Below are positions 12,081 through 25,677 of a DNA stretch of 64,000 bases, one piece after another. Source of the stretch: Pristiophorus japonicus (lineage: Eukaryota); NCBI RefSeq assembly GCF_044704955.1, contig NC_091978.1:272366001-272430000 (forward strand), read 5' to 3'. Under the pieces are notes generated by a model, which saw only the letters and a program-made list of their open reading frames with translations, was not told the origin of the DNA and searched no databases. Made by a program: the position numbers and the translations under genes. The number at the start of each line of letters is the position of its first letter. Within the stretch, counting starts at the first letter, position 1.

Positions 12081-14172
12081 TATACCAGTGCAAACAGTCT
12101 AGTTAAGCCTCTCCAGAATTTACAATACCTTCTGTCTTCAACCAGGCCCCACATATCTTACTGATCTAGGACTAATATATATTAACAGCAAAATAAATTG
12201 CATTGAAAAGAATCAAAAGAGGTTTGGCATTTTAAAATTGTGTTATCTCACATCACATGCTTACATTGAACAAGAAAAAATATGCTTGCAACAAAAATGA
12301 CGACAGATGGTTATGGGAAGGAAGAAACTAAACTTTTGAACCTAATATTAAAAATATTATGGTGATAATCTGCCAATAATACTCACTCGTCCCTAAAAAT
12401 ATCCTGTAAATTTTTACATGCAAGATTGATGTGTATTTTAGGACGAACATTAACTTTGAACAATTCCTACATGACCTTGTTCTGCTGTTATGAATAAAAT
12501 TTTAATTTTATTTCAATCATTTTTTTAAAATTCTACAGCATATTATATACCTAAATAGGACAATTTCAAAATCTCACAATGACTTCTAAATTATATTTGA
12601 TAATTTGTGGATCTCTACTCTGCTGAAGCATTTATCAATGGTAAAGTAAGGTTTATTTAAAAATAAAACAGGCATTTTGCTGATTATTCAATTCTAGTCA
12701 GTTCAATTATAATTTAAGATGCAACCAGAAATGTTCTACTTTGTCTCTTGCTTAAGATTAGCTAAATATATAAGCCTATGCATCCGAATACTACAAACCA
12801 AAACACTCTCTTATGTAGTTAATGAATAAAATATGCAATATTATACCAACCTATAGTCTCTAGGAAAGCATAAAGATAAATATTCTGCACTTCAATGAGG
12901 CTGTGCACTGACCACAAAATTGTGCAGCCAAATCTCACATCCTCTGACTTCATCCTTTAAACCCCACTGAGCTCAGAAGGCTGAGTCTTCCATTAGATTA
13001 ATGTTATACTCAGCCTACACCATGATCCTGTGGAAACTGGATGAAATACTACTTCTGCTTCTCTGAATGCTTAGAATATAACAAAGGGCTAAATAACTCG
13101 GTCACACTGAGTAGAGTCCAGTAGGTAAGAAGCATTTAGCCTTCTTTCAACATATGTGATATATAGTTATTACTGCAACTGCTCAGAATGGTTTAAAAAC
13201 ATAATATGAAATAGTTCTGTTTAAATCAAGCTGGTATTTATATATTATTTTAAAATGTCTTCATTGAAGAATCAGTATGTTATTATTAGATTACAGAGGT
13301 GTGGATGTAAGGTGATAGATATTTTGTAAGCTTAAGAGAACCTGATGAGGTAACAATTCCAGAAGGAATTATGCATGGGTGAATGCTCAATAAAATTGAA
13401 GGGATCAAGAGAACGTAGCACAAGAAAGGTAAGATATGAAGAGAGTTTGGGGCAGTTGATTATAGCTTCTACAGGTTTGTACTTAACTATAAATATAATG
13501 GGAGGGAGGGATAAGGGAGTGGATTCATTCCACAACTCTGAAATATCTATTTTTGGACCTAAAACTAGACCTTCCAATAAACTTCTACAACAAATAATGT
13601 AACTAGTTCTTTGTTCATTTATGTTTTGATCTAAACCGTGATCACTTAAATCAGATGAAGTACACTTGTAAAAGTGAATTTTAAAGAACTGTGGGAGAAG
13701 AGTCTTTATATAAACAGGCTTACAATTTAGTTACACAGAATGCACGGAGGATTTCTTGCCTTCTCTTCCTTCCCCATGTTTGCATTTTTAAGTTTCAGCT
13801 GTATCTGGTTCAATTTTGTATTTGTATGTACTTAAAGCGCATTATTTGATTGGTTAGATCTCTGACCATCGTTCCATATGCAGTACCAACAGATATACAA
13901 CATGCTGCAGAAAATATCACAAACCCACAAAAAAACATTGAACAAAAAAATGCCTAAATGAGAGTTTCATTTGCAGCTTTGAATAGAAAGCTTGTGATAC
14001 ACATCTTTTCATGAATAACAAGTCCTACAAATTTGGAAAAACTAACTTGCAATTGGCCATTCAGAGAGAAACAAAAATGTCTGGAATATTAGTTTCTCTT
14101 TGCGTGTGAAGCGTCTTGCCTCTGCTCATCACTTCCCCACAATATCACAAAAATCTTTCTAGAGCGTTCAAT

Positions 14173-14521
14173 ACAACAACAACTTGCATTTAAATAGCGC
14201 CTTTAACGTAGTAAAACATTCCAAGGTGCTTTAACAGGAGCGTTATAAAACAAAATTTGACAGCGAGCCACATAAGGAGATATTAGTACAAATGACCAAA
14301 AGCTTGGTTGAAGAGACCATTTTTAAGGGGCATTGTAAAGGAGGAGAGGTGGTGAGATGGAGAAATTTGGGGAGAAAATTCCAGGCCTTGGGGCTTAGGC
14401 AGCTGAAGGCACAGCCGCCAATGGTGGAGCATTGCAAATCAGGACTGTGCAAGAGGCCAGACTTGGAGGAATGCAGAGATCTCGAAGGGTTGTAGCACAG
14501 GAGAAGGTTACAGAGATAGGG
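14173..14521 (-). mobile_element. L2 LINE 3' fragment
   Basis: STIGGCAFSCLSPKAWNFLP; reverse-complement tail ..AAATGCAAGTTGTTGTTGT; homologous to 40905-41557. Confidence 0.85.
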
Positions 14522-17500
14522 TGGTCATGCTATGCTCCTCTAACATCTCTCCTGTTACCCAGCTCTATAGATCTGCTCTTCCACAGTTCCATTCCCACTT
14601 ATCTGAATTTAGCCAGCAGATCTCCAGTTATGGCTTCTCTTCCCTCCTGGACACCATCACCTCTGGAGACTGCCAAAGGTACTACACTTGGTCCCTTCCT
14701 CTTCCTCATCTACATACTGCCCCTCAGTAGCATCACCTGCAGTCACAATGTCATCTTCCATATGAATGCAGGTAACATTCACCCCTTTTGATACGTCAAT
14801 CGCTTGTGTTCTGTCAGAATGCTTGTCTGGCATAGGCCCAGATTTTGCACTCAGCGGCGAATGAATGGCATTACACTTATATTTGCCCATGGACTTTCTA
14901 CGGGCTTTTGCACTGGAACTTGTGGTGATTAGAAATCTAAAACAGGGGATCTGGGACCTTTGTGAACAGAGCAAACAATGGTGTATCTCCGTAACCAGAT
15001 TGAAGAATTGTTACTGAGACATGCAAGGCTGAATTTTTACCTTGGAGTATTGACGGTTCTGGGGGCGCCGTGGATTACATTGGGAACCCGAATGTTGAAG
15101 AGGCGCATTCTACATTGGCTTTTTAACGAAACCAATGCAATTTAATCAGACGTTCGGGTTCCCCAACCAATTAACTGGAGCAGATCTGATGATGTCACAG
15201 ATGACTCTATTTCAGCTGATCTATTTAAAGGAGCAATGCAGAGATTCATTTGAAGGTGGTGGAAGACAGGTTGTGGGAATAGTGAGTTGGTTGTGTTGTA
15301 TAAAATTGGTAACGGTCTAACCTGAAATATGCAGGCGAAAAGATAGAAAGCAACCCAAAATTCAGTGATGCCTCCTTGGATATATTACTCTAAGGAGTTA
15401 GAGCCCGCAGAGATATCCTCTTCCCTGCTGATGGGAGGAAGAGGCCAGCTGGCCAGACTGCATGGCTGGAGATTGCTGAAGAAGTGAGCAGCAGGAGTGT
15501 TGTTGGCAGGATCTGAATACAGTGTCGGAAACGCTGTAACAACCTTGTGAGATCAGGAAAGGCGAGTACAATGTCACATTGCCCTACATCCTGATGTGCA
15601 TGTCACCGAACCCCCTCACTCTGCCTTCCCAAGTCTACTCCTGCACATCACTCCTCACACCAACCTACCTTGCAGGTGCACCCATTCCTCACTGTCTAGG
15701 CACTTACTCACATCCTCATCTGACCATCCACCGGGGACACTCACCCTCATCTTAATGCAAAGTTGTGCCTTTTCCTCAGTCTCAACTGATGTTGCTCATC
15801 CATCATTTCCACTCATTCCATGACTCTCACTCAAAGGTCTCTTGTTTCCCTCCTTACAGGAGGAGAGTACAGAACACCCAGAAGAGGCAGCGAACCAGTG
15901 GTGGCCCTTCAGTCATCACACCGCTCACTTCATCAGAGAAGGAGGTCCTGGAGCTGAGCCATGGTGCAGAGCTGCTGGCAGTGGGAGATGGAGAGAGGGG
16001 GAACTCGCAGCTACCTGGTGACAGAGTTAAATATCAGACAGCCGCATGGCATGCAACAGTCACTCATGTTAACTTGATGTCAGCAGCCAGTAAAATATGA
16101 TCATGTGCATAATGGTAACTTAAAACAATCTAATCATAACCGTTCTAATTCATGTCATTACTCTTCCACAGGCCCATCAAGTCGCCCTGCCCCCCACCTC
16201 CACTGCCAGTCAGAGGAAGATGACGACTCCTCAGAGGAGGTCGCGGACTCTGAAGGTGCACCATCACACGCCCCATGCAGACTAAGCACCGGTGCAGATA
16301 CACACACCTCAGTGGGTCCAGTAAGCAAGTAGTGTTGTCACCTGGTGTCTCACACATCACATGAGCGAGAGCAGGTGGTGGAGACAGGGACAGCGGCGGA
16401 GAGTCCTCGTCGGAGGACACATGATGCTCCAAGCAGCTGGACGAAGATGCGGAACCTCGGGGTCCATCGACAAAGCGGATGTTTCTTGAGGAGCAAAAAA
16501 AAACGCAGGCGGCTCTGGCAGCTTTTCCAGCCGCGATGTGCTCGATTGTAGGGAGAATGGAGTAGTCCATCTCCAGCATGACCAGCATGATGTCACAGGC
16601 CATGGGCATGTGTTCATCCATGGAAAGGGTGACCACCTGCATGGAGCATCAAACATGGCATTCCAACTAGTGCATGCTTGCTCTGATCAACAGCGTGCAG
16701 ACTCTGAAAGCAGCCATTATCTAGGATGGGTAGAAACCTAGACTTGACTGTTCATCACCCCACTGATGTGCAGCAAAGTGCTCTCCAGCTCCTTGCTAGC
16801 AGGGAAGTATGGGTGGGCCATGAGAGGGATGATGGTGAGAGGGGACATGGAAATGGGGACTCTGCTCAAAGAACTTCCACTTCTCCCCCATTGCCCCTTC
16901 CTCAATCAGAGCTCCACATGGTGCCATGTGTCCCGATGGCCGAGTCTGTCCCTGCACAGGTGTAGAAGGAGCATTCCTTGGCAGGGCCCTCACAGGCTCC
17001 AAAACCCAAAGGACGCCTGCAAAAGTATCTAAACAGTCAGAGCAGAGAAGTGAGCAGCCAGCCTCTATCTTTGCTGAAACCACAGGGATTGCACAGTGTA
17101 GGAGTTGTAAGGAAGAGAAAGATGAGACAATTGTTGTTGCACAAGGATATGCACATGGGTGTGTTATAAAATGTTAGATGGTTAAGTTTCTGCTTTTAGA
17201 GCTACATAAAATTATTTTTTGCACCACTTTCCCATCTTGACCATTTTTGCCTGCTGCTTGGCAAGTGGCCTTGTCAGTTGGAGTGAATGGTAAGACATTA
17301 CTTAACCTCGAGCAATGGGTGTGTGCGACAGGAATGGTTTGGTAATTTTAGGACTACTTTGTGCTGGTGGCGGTGGGTGGCAGTTGGTTCAGCATCTGGG
17401 TGTCATATGGGTGCACTGGTGCAACTTATCTAAATCGTGCCATTATGTGGCCATCCTGGGCTTCCCAGGCAGCAATGTGCGCTGCTGCTGGTGCCATGTC

Positions 17501-18125
17501 CACTTCAGATTCCTCCTCCTCCTAGGGTTCCTCCTGCTCCTCCTCTTCATTCTCCTCCTCCTCCTCCTCCGAAGAGGCTCTGTGCCTTGCTCTTCCTGCA
17601 GATCCGACCTTCACTGCTGCGCTATGCTGTATAGAGCATACCTCAGTCACTCTGGAGACCTTCGCTGGTGTGTTTTGAAAGACTCCTCCAGAGCTGTCCA
17701 GGCATTGGATGCATCCTGATTGCTTGCTCTATTACACATCCCATCGTCATTTGGTTTTGATTGTAGCGCTCTTCGGCCTCAGTGCTTGGCCTCCTCAAGG
17801 GCGTCATCAGCCATATCTTCAGTGGATAGCCCTTCTCTCCAAGCAACCAGCCGATGGGTCTGGTCGGAGGTGCGAAGAGCTGAAGGAGGGTGGACTGACC
17901 ATTCTGTCTTTTAGTCGTAACTTTCTGCAGCCTAACTAAGAAGATCAAAGTGATTATCTTTGGCCTCTACCATAAACAGTGCTCCCTTGCCTCCGACTCT
18001 ATCCCCTTCATTAATCAAGATGGTTCACCTTCTTGATGTCCTGTTCAACCTTGACCTAAATTTCAGACACATTTCCTCTCCGTCACAAAGACAGTATCCT
18101 TCCACCTCCGCAACCAGATCTGCCT
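14522..18125 (+). mobile_element. L2 LINE RT fragment split by a Harbinger insertion (pieces ~14522-14833 and ~17913-18125)
   Basis: TLGPFLFLIYILPLSSI..NVIFHM before the insertion and SRNFLQ..VIIFG..SFHLRN after it; homologous to 58624-59080. Confidence 0.7.
14835..17912. mobile_element. PIF/Harbinger DNA transposon remnant (Myb/SANT gene +, transposase -, convergent)
   Basis: GGCCCAGATTTTGC terminus; 15340-15565 gives PKFSDASLDILL..WLEIAEEVS..QCRKRCNNL; minus strand 17643-17948 gives [36 protein letters not shown] (HARBI1/DDE_Tnp_4-like). Confidence 0.88.
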
Positions 18126-18154
18126 TTTCGCTGATGAAACCCTTATGCATGAGA

Positions 18155-18280
18155 TTACATATATTACATGACATAGTATTTATAGCTCACAAGCCATTCG
18201 ACCCAACAGGTCCATACGAGCTTCCTCCCACTATTCTTCATCGAATCCCATCAACATATCCTTCCATTCCTTTCTCCCTC
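18155..18280 (-). mobile_element. CR1-type 3' tail fragment
   Basis: Reverse complement resembles a CR1 3' UTR (..GGACCTGTTGGGTCGAATGGCTT..ATGTAATATATGTAA). Confidence 0.5.
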
Positions 18281-18299
18281 TGTGCCACATAGGTACAAG

Positions 18300-18570
18300 T
18301 TGTTGTTGCTGATGCGGCCATAAGTACTGAAGATAGGTTCAGCCATAAAGGATTGGATATTATCAACCTCGGCGGGTCCGGAGCAGGTGACGCCCTTGGC
18401 AAATCCCAACACCACAGCTATGTCGATCCTGGCCTCGGACATGATTTTACAATAATGGGGCTTGTTAAGCCCACCCTGCGAGATTCCCAGCCAATTAAAA
18501 GAAAGCAGGTCTGATGTCATCTGATGATGCGTCATCAGCCGGTTTCCTTAAAGAGACCATGGCCACGGTA
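18300..18570. mobile_element. Harbinger terminal-region fragment
   Basis: GCTTGTTAAGCCCACCC..CCGGTTTCCTTAAAGAGACC matches 62940-63013 and 63710-63735, which lie upstream of a Myb/SANT reading frame. Confidence 0.55.
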
Positions 18571-19313
18571 AGCGGGGTCCCACCTGCGGAACTTTTGATG
18601 GAGAGTCCTCAAAACCAGGCTCTCTTTAGTCCATCCTGACCGTAACGATCATGTCGAAACTCGACATCAACGCCAGCAGTGGTATCACGACCGCGCCACA
18701 GTGTCATGCAACCTATCTGTAAATGACCCAGTGTGTGTACTTAACCATGGTCAAGGGCCCAAGTGGCTTCCGAGGAAGGTTACGGATAAGGAGGGTAACC
18801 GGGTGTATATGGTTAAGCTCAAGAATGTGCAGATGTGCAGGAAACACATTGATCAAATCAAGCTAAGACACACTGACGAACCGGAACAGTTGGAAGAAGA
18901 CACCGCGAGCTTAGACGATCAACCAACTCACGTCCAGCCATCAGAAGAACCCACTGTGATCAACGCCCAGCCCCAAATTGTGAGAGACTCGGAAAACACT
19001 GGGATTGTACTGAGACCGGCAACCAGGGAGCAAAGGGCTCCGGACCGTCTGAACTTGTAATATGGACTTGTGCCAAGAACTGGTGGGGGGGGGGGGGGGG
19101 GGAGGATGTAATGTATGTACATAAGGTCTACCCACCACTAGGGGGCATTACCATCAGAGGTCCTAGAGTCATAGATACACTCATGCTGGGCCCGGTATAT
19201 AACCTGAACTTCACCTTTGTATCTTCACTTCTGGAAGCCATTAAAAACTGAGCAGGTTATACCGAGTCACTGGCTCACAGTACGGAGTTCATTGTATCAT
19301 TTCATACACCACA
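18571..19313 (+). mobile_element. 3' remnant of a Mag-like Gypsy element (integrase C-terminus, PPT, LTR ~19107-19313)
   Basis: ORF 18701-19060 (NHGQGPKW..RKHIDQIKLR..APDRLNL) is paralogous to the element 1 integrase tail; G-run PPT, then a TG..CA segment with TATATAA and ATTAAA. Confidence 0.88.
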
Positions 19314-20512
19314 AGTTCTTAGGATATCTGTACAGTCCAATACGAGAACCACAGTCTCTGTTACAGGTGGCAGATCGTCGCTGAGGGAAGGGGTGGGTGG
19401 GACAGGTTTGCTGTGCGCTCTTTCTGCTGCCTGCGCTTGATTTCTGCATGCACTCAGTGACGAGACTCGAGGTGCTCAGCGCCCTCCCGGATGCGCTTCC
19501 TCCACTTAGGGTGGTCTTTGGCCAAGGTTTCCCAGGTGTCAGTGGAGATGTTGCACTTTATCAGGGAGGCTTTGAGGGTGTCCTTGTAATGTTTCTGCTG
19601 CCCATCTTTGGCTCGTTTGCCTGAAGGAGTTCAGAATAGAGCGCTTGCTTTGGGAGTCTCATGTCTGGTATGCGAACTATGTGGCCTGCCCAGTGGAGCT
19701 GATCAAGTGTGGTCAATGCTTCGATGCTGGGGATGTTGGCCAGGGTGAGGATGCTAATGTTGGTGTGTCTGTCCTCCCAGGGGATTTGTAGGATCTTGTG
19801 GAGATATAGTTGGTGGTATTTCTCCAGCGACTTGAGCTGTCTACTGTACATGGTTCATGTTTCTGAGCCATACAGGAGGGTGGATATCATTACAGTCCTG
19901 TAGACCATGAGCTTGGTGGCAGTTTTGAGGGCCTGGTCTTCAAACACTCTTTTCCTCAGGCAGCCGAAGACTGCACTGGCGCACTGGAGGCGGTGTTGGA
20001 TCTCGTCATCAATGCCTGCTCTTGTTGATAGGAGGCTCCCAAGATATGGGAAGTGATCCATGTTGTCCAGGGCCACGCCGTGGATCTTGATGACTGGGGA
20101 TCAGTGCTGTGTGGTAAGGACAGGCTGGTGGAGGACCTTTGTCTTGCTGATGTTTAGCGTGAGGCCCATGCTTTCGTATGCCTCAGTAAATACGCTGACT
20201 ATGTCTTGGAGTTCAGCCTCTGTATGTGCGCAGATGCAGGTATCGTCCGCGTACTGTAGCTCGACGACAGAGGTTGGGGCGGTCTTGGACCTGGCCTGGA
20301 GATGGTGGAGGTTGAACAGGTTCCCACTGGTTCTGTAGTTTAGTTCCACTGCAGCGGGGAGCTTGTCGACTGAGGTGGAGCATGGCAGCGAAGAAGATTG
20401 AGAAGGGTTGGGGCGATGACGCAGCCCTGTTTGATCCCGGTCCGGATGTGGATTGGGTCTGTGATGGATCTGTTGGTAATGATCACAACCTGCATGTCGT
20501 CATGGAGAAGGT
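19314..20512 (-). mobile_element. RTE-clade LINE fragment
   Basis: ELNYRTSGNLFNL..LQYADD; FPYLGSLLS; LLYGSET; LHKILQIPWEDR; LPKQALYSEL. Confidence 0.93.
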
Positions 20513-20603
20513 CTTAAAGGTGCCTTCTGAGAAGATTTTGTGCTTCGACTAGTTTTCAAGCATGTCATACAGGGGCACAACAGCCTTTCTGATTTGGGGG
20601 TAA

Positions 20604-21212
20604 AGGGACCGATGTTCAGCAAGGCCTCCGCTCACCCAAGTGCCGCTGAGATACCAGATGATACTTTGGGCAGGATATTCATGAAGAAAGTCCCGTAAAG
20701 GTCGGCGGGCAGCAAATGGAAGATGTACACCGCCAATCTGCGCGGCAGCAGGCGGGAGGTCCCATTCTTGGCGGCAGAGGCCCCGCCCAAATGCCACCGA
20801 GGATGGAGTCAGGCCCACGAAGGGTCGAAGAGCTGAAAAAAAAACAACAGCAAAAAATAAAAATAGTATCCGAAGACCTTCAGGGAACCCCATCAAGGTA
20901 AGTCGCTGCTGAAAAAAAATATTAAAATGTTCACTTATCTTTTTTTCAAGTTCTTCATACTCACCGTCAGGGACAGACCAGCCTCCAGCCAGCGATCCAC
21001 CCCCGAGTCCCTCCGACTCCCGCCCACAGGAATCTGAGAACTCGACAGGCGGCAGCTCAGTTGCGCCACTCGGCCATCTGCTGACGTCAGCGGACAGTTC
21101 CCACGGCTCTCCCCTCCCGCCCGCTCCAGGCCACCCCGAAAGTGGCACTGGGCGGATGTTGCAGAGGAATGTTGGCGGCAGTAGCGGGCAGTGGGTTCTG
21201 AAAATCGGCCCC
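20604..21212. mobile_element. Non-autonomous Harbinger-type MITE (~610 bp), family A
   Basis: Imperfect TIRs AGGGACCGATGTTCAG / CTGAAAATCGGCCCC; colinear with 47487-48091. Confidence 0.85.
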
Positions 21213-24200
21213 AAAGTGTTTGAAACCACCTTGCTTCTGTACAGCTGTATTGAATTCAAAGATTCATAAAAGATATGACACTCATCATATAAACTACAAG
21301 GGCAAGTTATTGCAGCTGAAGTCCTGATGAACTTAATTTACAGCAAAAGTGTCCACATAGCTGGGTCTAGTTATGGGCACACTATCATTTCAGGTTCAGA
21401 AGGCTGGATTTGGCATGGAATAGTTCAGAAGCATCAGTGTTGAAATTGCTTTCTCAGGATTTAGTAGTTATTTTTGGACACCAGATCCTGGTGCAGACGT
21501 TGGTACCTTGGATGAGGTCGACAGGAGGGAGGGGTTGTGTTCTCCAGAGTGCTTTGCTGGCTTGCTTTACTTGCAGTCTCTGAATTCAATCTGAAAAGGA
21601 TTGGTATCTCAGTTGTTTCCAGAATTACAAAAAAGAGGTAGAATCATGATCTGACTAGCCAAATCCTGTGACTTCTTAGTCTCAGCTATCTCCAATTTAA
21701 TGATAACAGACAGCCTTTGGGCCCTTTCACATTTTATGATGTTCTGAAATTTCACACGGCTCTTACACAAACTGAGGTCACGGTTGACAAGAAGTCATTG
21801 TTGGAAACATGCATAGCAGTCTGAAATAGAGATGTTTCTTTTCTTGTAATCAATGGTGAACTTGAAACCATGTAAAATACAGAAAGCTAAATTAACTAAC
21901 TGATTCATAATAGTTATGAAACAAATTTTTCAGCTAAAAAAGGTAAAAAAAAACAGCTGCACTGTTGTATGAAAAACTTCCCTTGTGACAGAGCAAGATT
22001 CAGTGTGACTGTAACTGAATAGGAAGAATAAGGAAGATAGCCATTTATAGCTGCCGTAGTATCAGTGCAAGCAAGAGAAGATCACGTGATTCTGTACATA
22101 AGACTTCTTAAACAAATATCCATCTGATTCTTTTCCTGTACAGTGTAATGGTTTACAATAAACCTAATAAAAACAGAAAATGCTGAAGATTCAAAGCAGG
22201 TTCATCAGCATCTGAAGAGATAAGCTGCACTGTAGTCTTCAAAGGCGGCCCTTTTTCTAATAAAGCAATTAAGTTACTGAACATTAAAACAGCAAAATTG
22301 CACACAGCTATGTTCACTTTTTTCCAATCATTGCGTATAGTTAATAAACAAGAAAATGTAGTCTGGTAACATTTGTTATTTTGCAGCAATTATCACCACA
22401 GACCTTAAAGGAATGAAGATGTAATGCAAAATTAATGAATGGAAAATTGACTACCCTGGCATCTTGCCAAAATCTCTCATTTGCACTCCTAGAAGCACCA
22501 ATTTATAAAATCTCCATAGATTATCAGAAGAACACCCAAGAGACCGCTATTCTTGTATAGTGCCCTGGGATCTTTAGCATCCACTTAAACCACTGGGAAC
22601 ATGGCACCTCCATTGCTACATTGGAATGGCAAACTAAATTATGTATTCAGGAAAAGAGGAAAATATTTCTTACCACATAACAGGTGATGAGTTATATTTT
22701 ATAAATATACAGTTTATTTAAATGGTACAACACCCCTCTAGTTATAACAATGTACCTGCCAACTCATTGAGCAATGCCATGTGAGATCTGCTGATTGAAA
22801 ATAATATTTGTACACACCAATAGGTTTATTCTTAAAATTGATTTTTGTGTTTCTTTAAACAATTATGCTTTCATAAATAATTTGTGAAAGTCACAGCTGT
22901 CCCTGAAAATATATATTTTTTAAAACTCTTTCGAATTCTATCTTTTCCAGACCCAAGTGAACCGAGTAACAAAAAGGAAGCATCTTTGTCTATAACGTAT
23001 CATACCATTGTGATTCTGTTTCTTTTTGATACACATGGAGTTAAAAATCAAAGAAAGTGGTCCAGCTTGTTTTGATAAAATAGCCACAGAATATGAACAT
23101 TGTGCCTGGCAGGTAAGGAGCAAAGCAATTCAAATACAAGCACCTTGTGGGTTTTATTTCTTTACATGTTTGACTGGCAGCTCTTTCTCAGTTTAAGGGA
23201 TACATGTGTAAATTTTCTTTGTCCCATCAATTTTTTTAAAAGTATTTCACAGCTTTAATTGTTAAAATTAAGTATATCTGTTTGAATTCATGAAATAAAT
23301 TTAGAGGGCACAAAATTCGACTCCTTAGCGCACAGATTTTCCGGCACTACAAGTGCTGTTTAGGCTCCAAAATGGCGCTCGTGCTGCGCACGCACCTCTC
23401 ATGCAAGCCATGTCGGACACCATATTGGAGAGGGTGCTAGTGCGCGCACGGGGAGCGTCCAACAGGAAGCATGCAATGTAGGCAGATCATGATGTCAATC
23501 AGCGTCTATCACTGATTTGACGCCAGTATTGCCATTTTGGACTCAGCCCTCCAGCTAATGGTCTCTCTTAAATACGCACAACTGAACACACGTTCAGCAG
23601 CAGGAAGGACCCCCCACCAGTACTATTTAGAGGGATAGTCAACTACTTACCGGTTAGTTGCTGATTGATTTCTACTGGCTCTTGCTGCAATTGTAGAAGT
23701 GTTTGGTGATTTCTAGAGTTCTTTAAAATTGTTAAAGTCTGCAGGGAATGGTGTGACATGTGCTGATGGACTTGGACCTGCCTTCAAGGCTTCTGCACTA
23801 ACCACTTGCTCCCAGTCATGGCTGCAGTAGTAGGCATTTCCCTTGGAATACAGCATGACTGGGAGAATGACCAGAGCGCAGAGCAGGGCAAGCTGCCAAA
23901 AGAGAAAAGAGGGGATGGGGAGAAGGGCTCTCAGCAGGAGGCCATGTCTGCCCAGGGTGTTCAGGGAGCAATTCTCTTACCTGAACCTCAGTAAGGAAGT
24001 GTGAGAGACACACCTGCACTTCACTATGGACTTTCACACTGAAATCTGCCAACTGCTGCAGCCACAACTGCAACCGCAGAGCAGGGCAAGAACTGCATTG
24101 CTAGTGGCTCTGAAGGTGACTGTGGCCATGAACTTTTATGCATCGGGCTCCTTCCAGGCTGGAGCATGCAATTTTTGCAATATCTTGTAGTTTGCCGTCT

Positions 24201-24439
24201 ACTGTTGCATATGGGAGATTACTGAGGCTCTTTATTCAAAGAGAGCTAACTAAATTTAATTCTGTCTTGCCAGAGACCAGCTGGCGGAGCAAGCATACTG
24301 CTTCATGAGGGTGTATGGTGCCACTCACTGCACGTACTTCACTTTGCGACTGCCGCATGTCAACTCTGGGATGTACCATAATGGAAAGGAATTCCACTCC
24401 CACAACATCCAGATGTTGTGTGGCCATGCACAGCTTCAC

Positions 24440-25016
24440 CATCATCATAGGCAGTCCCTCAGAATCGAGGAAGACTTGCTTCCACTCTTAAAATGAGTCC
24501 TTAGGTGGCTGAACAGTCCAATATGAGAACCACAATCCCTGTCACAGGTGGGACAGAGAGTCGTTGTGGGAAAGGGTGGGTGGGACAGGTTTGCCGCATG
24601 CTCTTTCTGCTGCCTGCGCTTGATTTCTGCACGCTCTCGGCAATGAGACTCGAGGTGCTCAGCGCCCTCCCGGATGCACTTCCTCCACTTAGGGCGGTCT
24701 TTGGCCAAGAACTCGCAGCTGTCAGTGGGGATATTGCACTTTATCAGGGAGGCTTGGAGAGTGTCCTTGTAACGTTTCCGCTGCCCAGCTTTGGCTCGTT
24801 TGTCATGAAGAAGTTCCGAGTAGAGCGCTTGCTTTGGGAATCTCGTGTCTGGCATGCGAACAATGGGGCCTGCCCAGCGGAGCTGATCAAGTGTGGTCAA
24901 TGCTTCAGTGCTGAGGATGCTAATGTTGGTGCGTCTATCCTCCCAGAGGATTTGTAGGATCTTGCTGAGACATCATTGGTGGTATTTCTCGAGCAACTTG
25001 AGGTGTCTACTGTACA
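24440..25016 (-). mobile_element. RTE LINE 3' fragment inserted in the Harbinger transposase
   Basis: ORF 24445-24900 (QLRWAGPIVRM..QRKRYKDTL..CPTCDRDCGSHIGLFSHLRTH zinc finger); (GAT)n tail. Confidence 0.93.
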
Positions 25017-25677
25017 TGTGCAACATATCATGCAAGTCAATGCCCGGTATCCTGGCAGTCATGGTGCCTTTATTTTGTGGCAGTCTGCTATGCCATCTGC
25101 ATTTAAGCCACCATGGCAAACCAAAGGGTAGCTTCTGGGGCACGAGGGCTATCCGCTGATGACATGGTCATGACTCCAGTGCAAACCACGCACACATGGG
25201 TAGCACGCATACACTGAATGTCTTGCTGGCACACAAAATATCATAGAGCAGACTATTGGTGTGATGAAAAAATGCATCTGCTGCCTGGACAACTCAAGAT
25301 GAGCCCTGCAGTGTGGATGGCAAGATTTGTGGTAGCCTGCTGTATGCTGCACAATCTCGCCATCATGAGGGCACAGCGCTTGCCACCAGCTATACAGTGA
25401 GCCACTGAGGAACAGGAGGAGGAGCAGAAGGTTGAGGAGGAAGGGAGGAGGCAGCAAGCTGAACTTACATAACAAAAGGCTGAGCTTCCACTGCAGCACC
25501 CAAATGTTGGGAGGCTGCTGCTTGTGCTGCAATGGAAGCTGAGACATTGGCCTTCAGACACTACATCATGGTTGGGTCCACAAGTGTGTGAGCGGAGTGT
25601 GCCACCTCTTCCACGCAGAAAAGGTTGGACTCCTGCGCAAAGCCTTGTGCCAAGTTGGTGCTGGACTCCTCCATGAG

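Noticed and set aside
13332-13602. Overlapping 81-aa and 75-aa ORFs in non-repeat DNA
   Set aside because: No recognisable motif or clear splice signals; the lengths are within chance expectation.
19085-19102. Poly-G runs (also ~31769 and ~45492) as G-quadruplex elements
   Set aside because: The first is an expanded Gypsy polypurine tract; the others are simple homopolymers whose lengths are error-prone in assemblies.
20549-21259. 236-aa minus-strand ORF
   Set aside because: It spans a GC-rich MITE and both flanks and has no recognisable domain; the sister copy shows only a 70-aa ORF in the track.
23818-25470. Possible domesticated HARBI1 or NAIF1/MSANTD host genes
   Set aside because: Multiple stops, frameshifts and nested insertions, TIR-like ends and several diverged copies in the window indicate dead transposons.
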